From: Acidimicrobiia bacterium
GTDB lineage: Bacteria > Actinomycetota > Acidimicrobiia > IMCC26256 > JAENVU01
Length of the DNA: 64,000 nucleotides
Direction of reading: 5' to 3'
Assembly: GCA_025361725.1 (NCBI GenBank)
Contig: JANYJV010000140.1
Location: 9,428-73,427, forward strand
The notes below the pieces were generated by a model. That model worked only from the letters and a program-made list of their open reading frames with translations, was not told where the DNA came from and searched no databases. Positions within the stretch are counted from its first letter, which is position 1. Each line of letters begins with the position of its first letter. Positions 9,325-17,464 of the stretch are shown piece after piece. A program made the translations under genes and the position numbers.

Positions 9325-11337
9325 TCAGGGCGGATCCGTCGCATCGACCGGTCCCACGTACACGCCGATCGTCTCGCGATCGGCACGCGTCTGCAGCCGC
9401 GCGTATTCCTCGAACTTCGCGTTCCATCGAGCGGGCAGCGCGAGCACGCGTTGGTCGACGGCGAACACCAGCTGGCGGGAATCGAACACGGCCGCTCGCG
9501 CCGCTTCGGTCGTGAATGGTCCTCGGAGATTCGAGAACACACCGAGCTTCTCGCCGGACACGAGTCGCGGGGTCGATCGGAGACCGCTCCGAGCGAGGTA
9601 GTCGCCAACGTCGCGCTTCAGCTCGTCCAACCGACGCGCGTCGCGCGCGTCGAGACCGTTGTGAAACGCGATGCGCGTGAAGACACCGAGTGTCTTGGCT
9701 CGGGCGACGTCCCCGGAGCGGTAGAAGATCTTGACCTTGGCGTCGCGACCGTTCGTGGCACGCGTCGGTCCGAGCTGACGCGCGAGGTAGACGTCGTCGG
9801 TCACGAGTTCGATGTTGCGGCGGCGCAACTCCGCCATCAACGCACCGCTGAAGGGCTCGCCGAATCGAAGCTTCGTGAAGTCGAGCAGCAGGGGCTGGGA
9901 TCGCTCCGCCGGCCCGAGCTGACGGTCCAGGTCGCGGATCGCCGGAAGCGACGCGGCTTCCAACTGCGGACCAACAGTGGCGGCATAGGTCGGGAGGTTC
10001 CACAGCGTCATCACGGCAACCAGCGCGATCGCCAGGACCCGCGCCCACCGACCAACCGCGGGAGTCCGACTCATCTGCACCAGGCCGAGCAAGATCACGA
10101 AGGTGACGAACGCGGCCATCGACCACAGGAATCGGAACTGGTGCGAAGCCACGCCGACGATGTCGACGGTGACCTTCGATGCGGTGTACCAGCTGCCTGC
10201 CAGTGCGACGAGTCCCACCGCCGCCGCGGCGAGCCCACTGGCATTCCGGCGTCGCCACGCGATCAGCCCGACGCTGACGAGGAGGAGGAGCACGAGACCG
10301 ATCGCCAGCGCCGCGAGCCGGGCGCCGACGGCGCCGGTCCCGTCGACCGTCGGTGCGGTCGCGCCGTACGGCGTGCCGGCGGGCCGGAACGTGTTCGGGA
10401 ATGAATCGCGTCCCCAAAAGGGTGGGTCCGCGAGGACCGTTGCGGTCATGCGAAGTGCGCCCGTACCGCCGACCACACCCTTGGGGGGATCTTGGATCTG
10501 GCGCACGAGCCGGGACATGTTGCCGTCCGAGGTGGTCACCTGCTCGATCAACGACGGAGTCCATACCACGAGCCCCACGAGGACGCCGATCACGATCCAG
10601 CGGCCGGCTCGTGTCGCGCTGGCCGCGATCGGCGGCTCGGCCTTGGCGCCAGCCTGGCGGCGGGTCCGACGAGATTGCAGCAGTCCGATGGTCAACCCCG
10701 CGACGATCAGCAGCGGCGTCAGGTAGCCGTACGTGAGGTGGGTCTGCATCAGCAAACTGCCGGCGAAAATCGCGACGGGGAGCATCGGCCAATCGGACGC
10801 GGCCACGGACCAGATCAGGAACAAGAACGCCAGGAATGGGAGCAACAAGCCGTGTGGCTGCCAGATGTCGTACAGCAGCTCGCTGCCCATGGACCACGCC
10901 AGCGTCGACGCCACGAGCATTGCCAGCGCCGTCCCGAGCAACCCGGCTCGCCGCCAACCGATCATTCCGATGGCAACCATCGCCGCCAGGTTCACGGCGG
11001 CTGCTCCCACCGCAGTACCGACCACTGAGCCGAACGCGGCGACCGGAACGCCCAGGAGATAGAAGTACAACGGCCCGGGATTGTTGAGGGGCTTCGTCGC
11101 CGCGAACGACGCAGACGACGCGGTGCCGAGCAACGGAATATGTCGGGAGAACAGGTCCTGCGCGCGGATCGCTAGGAGGCCGTCGTCGCCGATCGGCATC
11201 CAGTGATGCAGGAGCGCGCGCACCGTGGCGACAACGATCGGGAGACACGCGAACACCACCACCACGATCGCGAACGTGCGCGCGCGGCGCGTCGGATCTG
11301 GTCGTCTGCTCTCGTTCGCTGCGGTCAGGTTGCTCAC
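9325..11337 (-). CDS. large polytopic membrane protein, GT-C-like glycosyltransferase candidate (tandem paralog A)
   Basis: 670 aa. TM1 is followed by an acidic first loop ...HHWMPIGDDGLLAIRAQDLF..., then many hydrophobic segments up to about aa 430, then a soluble C-terminal domain of about 240 aa. I recognise no named family. The GTG start (11337-11335) overlaps the TGA (11334-11336) of paralog B. Confidence 0.6.
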   Translation of the reverse strand: MSNLTAANESRRPDPTRRARTFAIVVVVFACLPIVVATVRALLHHWMPIGDDGLLAIRAQDLFSRHIPLLGTASSASFAATKPLNNPGPLYFYLLGVPVAAFGSVVGTAVGAAAVNLAAMVAIGMIGWRRAGLLGTALAMLVASTLAWSMGSELLYDIWQPHGLLLPFLAFLFLIWSVAASDWPMLPVAIFAGSLLMQTHLTYGYLTPLLIVAGLTIGLLQSRRTRRQAGAKAEPPIAASATRAGRWIVIGVLVGLVVWTPSLIEQVTTSDGNMSRLVRQIQDPPKGVVGGTGALRMTATVLADPPFWGRDSFPNTFRPAGTPYGATAPTVDGTGAVGARLAALAIGLVLLLLVSVGLIAWRRRNASGLAAAAVGLVALAGSWYTASKVTVDIVGVASHQFRFLWSMAAFVTFVILLGLVQMSRTPAVGRWARVLAIALVAVMTLWNLPTYAATVGPQLEAASLPAIRDLDRQLGPAERSQPLLLDFTKLRFGEPFSGALMAELRRRNIELVTDDVYLARQLGPTRATNGRDAKVKIFYRSGDVARAKTLGVFTRIAFHNGLDARDARRLDELKRDVGDYLARSGLRSTPRLVSGEKLGVFSNLRGPFTTEAARAAVFDSRQLVFAVDQRVLALPARWNAKFEEYARLQTRADRETIGVYVGPVDATDPP

Positions 11338-13232
11338 TCGGCCAGGGCCTTCGGGCCGATGAAGACGGCAGACGGCTCACCGATCTGGAGCATGCGGAGA
11401 AGATGATCGCGAGTCGCGTTCGGAAGATCGGCGACGAAGGTGGCGGTGAAGATGTTCTCGTCCAAGTTCGGGACGAGATCGTCGCGGCCGGCGGCGTGTA
11501 GTTCGTCACGAGTCATCGCGCGGAGCCGGGCGAACTCGCGTCGCTCGGCCGGGCTGCGGAGGTCCGCGGTGGCGACTTCGACCGCGTCCGACTTCGCGCG
11601 CCAGACCGCGATGTCCGGGCCGACGGAGAGATGGACGACGCCGGTCGCCGCCTTCGGTCCCACGACGCGCCGATCTCGCACGATGGCTGCGTACTTCGTG
11701 GGAAATCCGGCGTGCAGCCCGGCGCGCTCGAGTTCCGAGAGCAGTCCGTACCCCGGCGCATTGATCGTGACGGGATCGACGATGGTGATCTGATAGCGCC
11801 CGCTCGGGCCGCCCCCGGGAACCGCTCCGCTCTCGATCGCACGCACCGTCGGACCGACCAGCCGCCCTAATGACGAAGACACGCGCGGCGTCGGGGGCTC
11901 GACGGTCGAGCTGTCCAACGCGAAACCGAAGAGGTACGCCAGCGCAATCACGCCGAGCACCAGGCCGGCGGCGGGATACATCGTTCTGGTCTTCGATCGA
12001 ACGACCGGTGCGCGACCCCGTCCCACGAGCAGCGCGGCGGACCAGCCGATCGACACCAGCATGAGACCGTTGATGGCCCACGCCCACAGCATGAGGTAGT
12101 ACCAGACGAAACCGAAGATGTTGCCGATCGACAGCGCGCCCAACGCCAAGGAAACGGCGATGACCACGTCCAACGCGATGAGCGGGTGACGTCTCCGCCG
12201 GATTGCGACCCCGACGCCCGCGAACCACACCACACACAGCGCAACGCCGGGAATGACCGAGCCGGTCGTGGCGTCCTGGCCGGCGATGAGGCGCCACGGG
12301 TTCAGATGAACCATCAGAACGCGGAGCCCGGCCCGGATGCCGATCGGAACTTCGGGCGGCGAGGTGAAGTGGTCCCAGATGATGGTGAGATTCCCGGGTG
12401 TGTGGGTGAACTGCTGCACCACGATCGGGATTGACGTCACCACCACGATCGCGAGCGAGAGCCAGATCCACCGACCGGCGCGATCCGGCCAGGACGCACG
12501 CCGCCGCCAGAAGGTCCACGCCAACCAGGCAACGGTGACCCCGCCCAGTCCGCCGACGAGGCCGAGGTAGGAGATGTGGGTCTGCAGACAGAAGAGCGCA
12601 GCGAAGGTCGTGATCGGCAGCATCGCGACGTCGTCGCACAACACCGACCACACGCCCAACGTCACGACGATGAACCACAGCATCGGCAGGTACGGATTCC
12701 ACGCCTGAGTCAGGACCGACGGTCCGTAGAACCACGTGAGTGCGGCGAGCACTGCGCCCACGCCGAGGAGCAGCGTCGATCCACCTCGACGCCTCGCAAT
12801 CACGAGACTCAGTCCGATCGCCATGGCGTTAACGCTGGCCGTCGCCGCTTGCAGTGCCCACGCCGAGGACCCGAAGAGCTTGTAGAAGGGAGCGAGGAGC
12901 CAGAAACTCAGTGGTCCCGGATGGCTCCCCTGCCGAGCCAACGTGCCGATTCGACCGGGGAGCCCGATGAGCGGCGGGTGCAGGGTGAAGACGTCACGAA
13001 CCCGCATCTCGGTCTGGGCCAAGTCCAGGATCGGAAACCACCGGGGTTTCGCGAGTGCCACCAGCGCGACCGCGAACCCGATGACGAAGCCGGACCAGAT
13101 GATGCCCACGAGCACTCGAGACGCGTGGGGTGGACGTGGCGCACCGCTTGGCGCGGAGCCCGATGTCCGTGCGGTGGCGTCGGTGCTGGTCACGTCCCGT
13201 TCGTTCGCCGTCGACGTGGACATCCGGTCCAT
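11334..13232 (-). CDS. large polytopic membrane protein, GT-C-like glycosyltransferase candidate (tandem paralog B)
   Basis: From track ORF 11334..13331. I prefer ATG 13232 (MDRMSTST...) or ATG 13223, either of which leaves a ~110-bp divergent intergenic region. It shares these blocks with paralog A: W.PI.D, HPGPL.F.LL, FGS, VN..A, WSV...D..MLP...FA...QTH..Y. Confidence 0.6.
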   Translation of the reverse strand: MDRMSTSTANERDVTSTDATARTSGSAPSGAPRPPHASRVLVGIIWSGFVIGFAVALVALAKPRWFPILDLAQTEMRVRDVFTLHPPLIGLPGRIGTLARQGSHPGPLSFWLLAPFYKLFGSSAWALQAATASVNAMAIGLSLVIARRRGGSTLLLGVGAVLAALTWFYGPSVLTQAWNPYLPMLWFIVVTLGVWSVLCDDVAMLPITTFAALFCLQTHISYLGLVGGLGGVTVAWLAWTFWRRRASWPDRAGRWIWLSLAIVVVTSIPIVVQQFTHTPGNLTIIWDHFTSPPEVPIGIRAGLRVLMVHLNPWRLIAGQDATTGSVIPGVALCVVWFAGVGVAIRRRRHPLIALDVVIAVSLALGALSIGNIFGFVWYYLMLWAWAINGLMLVSIGWSAALLVGRGRAPVVRSKTRTMYPAAGLVLGVIALAYLFGFALDSSTVEPPTPRVSSSLGRLVGPTVRAIESGAVPGGGPSGRYQITIVDPVTINAPGYGLLSELERAGLHAGFPTKYAAIVRDRRVVGPKAATGVVHLSVGPDIAVWRAKSDAVEVATADLRSPAERREFARLRAMTRDELHAAGRDDLVPNLDENIFTATFVADLPNATRDHLLRMLQIGEPSAVFIGPKALAE

Positions 13233-13342
13233 CCTACGGGCGAATCCGACGATCTGACGAACACCCATCACGCGGAATTTGCAATCGCCACTGCTACTCT
13301 GCGCCGGATGCTTCAACGGCCTGCGCGTCACCCGCGGTCGCC
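13233..13342. promoter_or_regulatory. divergent intergenic region between two membrane-protein genes (probable bidirectional promoter region)
   Basis: This is the only non-coding gap of about 110 bp in this part of the locus. It is locally AT-richer (…GGAATTTGCAATCGCC…) and is flanked by divergent starts at 13232 (-) and 13343 (+). I cannot identify promoter boxes with confidence. Confidence 0.3.
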
Positions 13343-15100
13343 GTGGTAGCTCGCCTCGAACCGATCCGGCGCCGCACCGAGAGTCTGTCGGACCGCATCG
13401 CCGCGTGGTCGCCGCGCACCAAACGCACGATCATCTTCCTGATCATCGGCCTCGCATTCGCGCTGCCATTGCGTGGTCTGCTTCGCAACCAGGGACCACC
13501 GATGGAAGAGGGCTTCATGCTCGTCTTCCCCGAGCGGGTGCTCCACGGCGACTTCCCGAACCGGGACTTCCTTCATCTGTACGGACCCGGCAGCTTGTGG
13601 GTGCTCGCCGGCTGGATGAAGGTGCTCGGAGTCACGCTCGAATCCGAGCGCCTCTTTGCTCTGCTCCAACAGGTGGGCGTGGTCACCGGCCTGTACTGGT
13701 TGGCGCGCCCGTGGGGGCGGCGGATTGCATTGCCCTGCGCGCTGTTGTCGCTGTTGTTCATTCTTCCTCCGCTGGGGCTTACCGCCCTGGCCTGGGTGGG
13801 AGGTGTTGCGCTCGGTCTGCTCGGACTCGGTTTGGTCCTCGCCGGTCGCACACGGCTGCCGAGCGCTCCGGCCGTCGCGATGCGGTACGCGTTCTGGGGC
13901 GGACTGGTCAGCGCCGCCGCGTTGTTGTTCCGGCTCGACCTGGTGGTCGCAGTATTCCTCGGCGGGCTCGCGGCCACCGCCGGCCTCAACGCAGCGTTCC
14001 GAAAACGTGTCCTCGCGGGCTTCGGTCTCGGAATGAGCGCGTACATCGTGCAGCTCGTCACCGCAGGCCCGTACAACACGTTCAAGGGCATGGTGCTCGA
14101 CCCGGTGGTCTACCTCCGGGGCGGGCGGCGGCTTCCGATTCCACCGTCGTGGGACCACCTCGACGGTTTCCTCCAACGCTCGGGCGCGATCTCCCCGCCC
14201 AAGTGGCCGCTTCCCCATCTTGAGACTTCACAACAACTTTTCGTCTGGTTCTTCTTCATGATCGCCGCGGTCGCCTTCATCCCTCTCGTGGGCCGGTGGT
14301 CGGTTCGCGCGACGCCGGGCCGCCACGCGAGCCGGGTCCTGCTCTCGGCTGGTCTCTTCGGACTGGGCATGGTCTCGCAAGGGGTGCAACGCGTCGACTC
14401 CGCGCACTTCTCGTGGATCAGCTGTGTCTCGGTGGCGTTACTCCCGGTCGCCGTCTACGAGCTGGTGTCGATCAGGAGACGAAGGATCCCAGCTCCACGA
14501 CCGCGAACGCTCAGTGGTCGCTTCGCGTGCGGCATCGCGATCCCGGTGGCCGTGGTCTTGCTACTCCCCCACTTCACCGCTTGGTCGTACCTGGACTTCT
14601 CGGCGCAGAGTTTCGGACGACACCGGCTCGCGTTCGAGATCGAACGCAATGGCCGTCGGTTCTATTACGGACGGGACGACGTCGCGCGTGCGGCGCGCGC
14701 GCTGCTTGCCGAAGTCCCGAAGGTGGCCAAGCCCGGTTGGCGCCTGTTCGTGGGTCCGACGGACCTGCGCAAGACGCCGTATTCGGACGCCTATCTGTAC
14801 TACCTACTGCCCGAGTATCCGCCCGGGACGTACTACATCGAGATGGATCCGGGGGTCGCGAACCGCAAGGGCTCGCGGATGCCGTCCGATCTCGCGCATT
14901 CCCAGGTGGCGATTCTCTCGGGCGTGTGGACGGACTGGGCCGAGCCCAACGATTCGCGCAAGTTCGGCAGCTCCGAGTCCACGAAGGTGCTGAAACGCGA
15001 CTTCTGCCTGGTCAAGAAGTTCGGGAGCCGTCCGGACGACGGGAAGCCGCTCTATGAGTTGTACGTGAAGTGCGACGCGCGGAGTGGCTCAGGCACGTGA
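13343..15100 (+). CDS. large polytopic membrane protein with C-terminal soluble domain, function unknown (possible GT-C)
   Basis: Tail of track ORF 13130..15100, trimmed to GTG 13343 because the upstream part overlaps the divergent gene. TM1 (IIFLIIGLAFALPL) is followed by ...NQGPPMEEGFMLVFPERVLHGDFPNRDFLHLYGPG..., then many TM segments, then a ~170-aa C-terminal domain (...YYLLPEYPPGTYYIEMDPGVANRKG...). Confidence 0.55.
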   Translation: MVARLEPIRRRTESLSDRIAAWSPRTKRTIIFLIIGLAFALPLRGLLRNQGPPMEEGFMLVFPERVLHGDFPNRDFLHLYGPGSLWVLAGWMKVLGVTLESERLFALLQQVGVVTGLYWLARPWGRRIALPCALLSLLFILPPLGLTALAWVGGVALGLLGLGLVLAGRTRLPSAPAVAMRYAFWGGLVSAAALLFRLDLVVAVFLGGLAATAGLNAAFRKRVLAGFGLGMSAYIVQLVTAGPYNTFKGMVLDPVVYLRGGRRLPIPPSWDHLDGFLQRSGAISPPKWPLPHLETSQQLFVWFFFMIAAVAFIPLVGRWSVRATPGRHASRVLLSAGLFGLGMVSQGVQRVDSAHFSWISCVSVALLPVAVYELVSIRRRRIPAPRPRTLSGRFACGIAIPVAVVLLLPHFTAWSYLDFSAQSFGRHRLAFEIERNGRRFYYGRDDVARAARALLAEVPKVAKPGWRLFVGPTDLRKTPYSDAYLYYLLPEYPPGTYYIEMDPGVANRKGSRMPSDLAHSQVAILSGVWTDWAEPNDSRKFGSSESTKVLKRDFCLVKKFGSRPDDGKPLYELYVKCDARSGSGT

Positions 15101-15817
15101 ACGCTTGCGGCGAAGCCGGTCCCGCAGACCCCACCACGTCATCAGTGCCATCTCTTCGACGATGACTGAGCCCGACATCTTCGAATAGCCGCGCACTCGG
15201 TCGGTGAACGTGATCGGGATCTCGACGATGCGAGCCCCGACCCGAGCGACCCGGTACGTGGTTTCGAGCTGGAATCCGTACCCCTTCGCTCGCGTGTGCG
15301 AAAAGTCGATCGCCTGCAACAGGTCCGCGCGGTAGGCACGAAATCCCGCCGAGGTGTCTCGAACGCCGGTGCGCAACATAAAACGGGCGTACATGTTTCC
15401 GTACTTGGAGAGCGCCAATCGACGCTTCGGCCAGTGTGGGATCGCTCCACCCGGCACGTATCGGGAGCCGATGGCAAGGTCCGCGTCACCGGCGACTGCC
15501 GCGATCAGGTCTGGCAGTACCTCGGGGTCGTGGGATAAGTCGGCATCGACCTGGCAGATCACGTCGTAACCCCGCGCGATCCCGATCGCGAAGCCCGCCC
15601 GGTACGCGGCACCGAGTCCACGCTTCTCCGGCCGACGCAGAACGTCGATCTGTCCGAGCTCGATACCCACCCGTTCCGCGATGTCCGCAGTGCCGTCGGG
15701 ACTGTTGTCGTCGAGCACCAAGATGTCGGCGTCCGGGACGGCCGCACGCGCTCGCCGCAGGAACTCTTCGATGTTCTCCGCTTCGATATAGGTCGGCGTA
15801 CAGATTTGGACGCGCAC
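15089..15817 (-). CDS. polyprenol-phosphate mannosyltransferase-like GT2 (Ppm1/DPM1 family)
   Basis: 242 aa. The sequence MRVQICTPTYIEAENIEEFL...ILVLDDNSPDGT...QVDADLSHDP...GSRYVPGG... is the classic DPM1/Ppm1 catalytic-domain pattern. Its GTG start (15817-15815) shares one nucleotide with the upstream TAG (15819-15817). Confidence 0.85.
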   Translation of the reverse strand: MRVQICTPTYIEAENIEEFLRRARAAVPDADILVLDDNSPDGTADIAERVGIELGQIDVLRRPEKRGLGAAYRAGFAIGIARGYDVICQVDADLSHDPEVLPDLIAAVAGDADLAIGSRYVPGGAIPHWPKRRLALSKYGNMYARFMLRTGVRDTSAGFRAYRADLLQAIDFSHTRAKGYGFQLETTYRVARVGARIVEIPITFTDRVRGYSKMSGSVIVEEMALMTWWGLRDRLRRKRSRA

Positions 15818-17397
15818 TACGCCTCACCTTCACGGCGTCGTTGCGCGGCCGCTTCGATTGAATCACGGGACAGCACGGGTGCGTCCCGGCCGGTGCCACG
15901 CTCCGCACCGACGCGATCATCATCCGAACGCTCGATGGACTCTTCGTGGTATTCGTCCTCGACGTTCACGGTCCACACGTCGTGATGGGCGCCCAGGATG
16001 TTCTCGACCGACAACATCGCCGTCAGCATCGAGTGATCCTGGTTGTTGTACTTGTGCATCCCGTTGCGACCGGTCGGCATCACGTTCGGTGCGTGCTCGG
16101 CGATCCATGCCCGCAAGACCGCAACGTTGTCCTGATAGTGCTCGTCGTAGACCGGATACGCCTTCGGCATGCGCACCGCGTAACCGGCCTCGACCTTCGA
16201 GCTATCCGCCAGGCCGAGGTGCTGGAGTTCACGCTTCGCCTGCGCGATCAGATCCTCGTCGGACTTGGTCCACATGTCGTCGCCTTCGTTCACGAAGAAC
16301 TCGAGTCCCAGACAGGTGCGTCCCTCCTTCACGAGGTACGGAGACCACGAACCGAAGTTCTGGATGCGCCCGACCTTCACTGCCGGATCGTGGATGTAGA
16401 TCCAGTTGTCCGGGAACGAGTACTCCTGCGGGACGACCAACGCCACGGTCATGAAGTCTCGGTAGGTCAGGCCCTCCGCGGCGGCCCTGACCTCGGGTGG
16501 GACGGGGGGATCCATCGCCCTGATCAACGAACGGAACGGCATCGACGAGATGACCGAATCGCAGGGATAGGTCCGCTCCACGCCGTCGTGGATCGCAGTG
16601 ACCTCGTACGCAGCACCGTCACGGTGTGAGATCCGCACGACCTTGGTGTCGTAGACCAGTGTGCTGCCGGCCCCAGTGACGATCTCGGCGCACTTCTCCC
16701 ACATCTGACCGGGGCCGTACTTCGGGTAGTTGAAAGATTCGATGAGCGAGGTCACCTGCTCGCCCTTGGAACGCCGCGCCTTGACCCACCTCGGGGTCAT
16801 GCCATCGGTGATCGCGGTCATCAGTGACATGCCCTTGGAGCGCTGCGCGCCGAAGTCAGCGGACATCTCCCGAGTGGGAATGCCCCAGACTTTTTCGTTG
16901 TAACGGCGGAAGAAATGTTCGTACAGCCGCCATCCGAACTGGCTCACGTAGAAGCCCTCGAGGTTGCTCGTGTCCTTCGGTGGCCTGACCTTCGCCCAGC
17001 CGTACGAACTCACGCAGCGCACAGCTTCGACGGGACCGAGGTTCCTCAAGGCGTTGATCGGCTTTAGTGGGTAGTCGTAGAGCTTTCCGCGATACAGGAT
17101 GCGAGACATGCGGGGCCGCTGAAGGAACTCGTCCGCGCCGAGGATCTCGAACCACAGGTCGTCGACTTCTTTGACCTTGGTGAAGAACCGGTGGCCGCCG
17201 ATGTCGAACCGCCAGCCGTCGCGTTCGACGGTGCGGCTGATTCCTCCGACGATGTCGTCGGCCTCAAGGATCGTGGCCGTGTGTCCGAGCTTCGAGAGTT
17301 GGTAGGCAGCAGTCAGACCAGCCGGACCCGCACCGATGATGACGACGGCCGTCGGCTCCGCAGCGCCGCCCGTCAAGTTGTCCACCATCGACTCCAA
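15817..17397 (-). CDS. FAD/NAD(P)-dependent oxidoreductase (amine-oxidase / UDP-galactopyranose-mutase-like architecture)
   Basis: 526 aa with an N-terminal dinucleotide fold (VVIIGAGPAGLTAAYQLSKLG...ILEADDIVGGISRT...GGHRFFTK). It is co-oriented and overlaps the Ppm1-like gene. Confidence 0.8.
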   Translation of the reverse strand: MESMVDNLTGGAAEPTAVVIIGAGPAGLTAAYQLSKLGHTATILEADDIVGGISRTVERDGWRFDIGGHRFFTKVKEVDDLWFEILGADEFLQRPRMSRILYRGKLYDYPLKPINALRNLGPVEAVRCVSSYGWAKVRPPKDTSNLEGFYVSQFGWRLYEHFFRRYNEKVWGIPTREMSADFGAQRSKGMSLMTAITDGMTPRWVKARRSKGEQVTSLIESFNYPKYGPGQMWEKCAEIVTGAGSTLVYDTKVVRISHRDGAAYEVTAIHDGVERTYPCDSVISSMPFRSLIRAMDPPVPPEVRAAAEGLTYRDFMTVALVVPQEYSFPDNWIYIHDPAVKVGRIQNFGSWSPYLVKEGRTCLGLEFFVNEGDDMWTKSDEDLIAQAKRELQHLGLADSSKVEAGYAVRMPKAYPVYDEHYQDNVAVLRAWIAEHAPNVMPTGRNGMHKYNNQDHSMLTAMLSVENILGAHHDVWTVNVEDEYHEESIERSDDDRVGAERGTGRDAPVLSRDSIEAAAQRRREGEA

Positions 17398-17464
17398 ACC
17401 CTTCCGAAGAACCGGATGACTCTACTCCAGGCTCGAGCGCCTTCCCGCCTCCGTCGCCGCTGAA

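Noticed and set aside
9107-11509. 800-aa minus-strand ORF, the longest in this region
   Set aside because: It is out of frame with the 670-aa membrane protein (9325..11337) and runs across two gene boundaries. Its translation is an Arg/Pro/Gly/Asp-rich low-complexity string (…RRRPPSDPRAGP…RRRRRPARGAG…) with no domain-like features. This is a typical high-GC shadow ORF.
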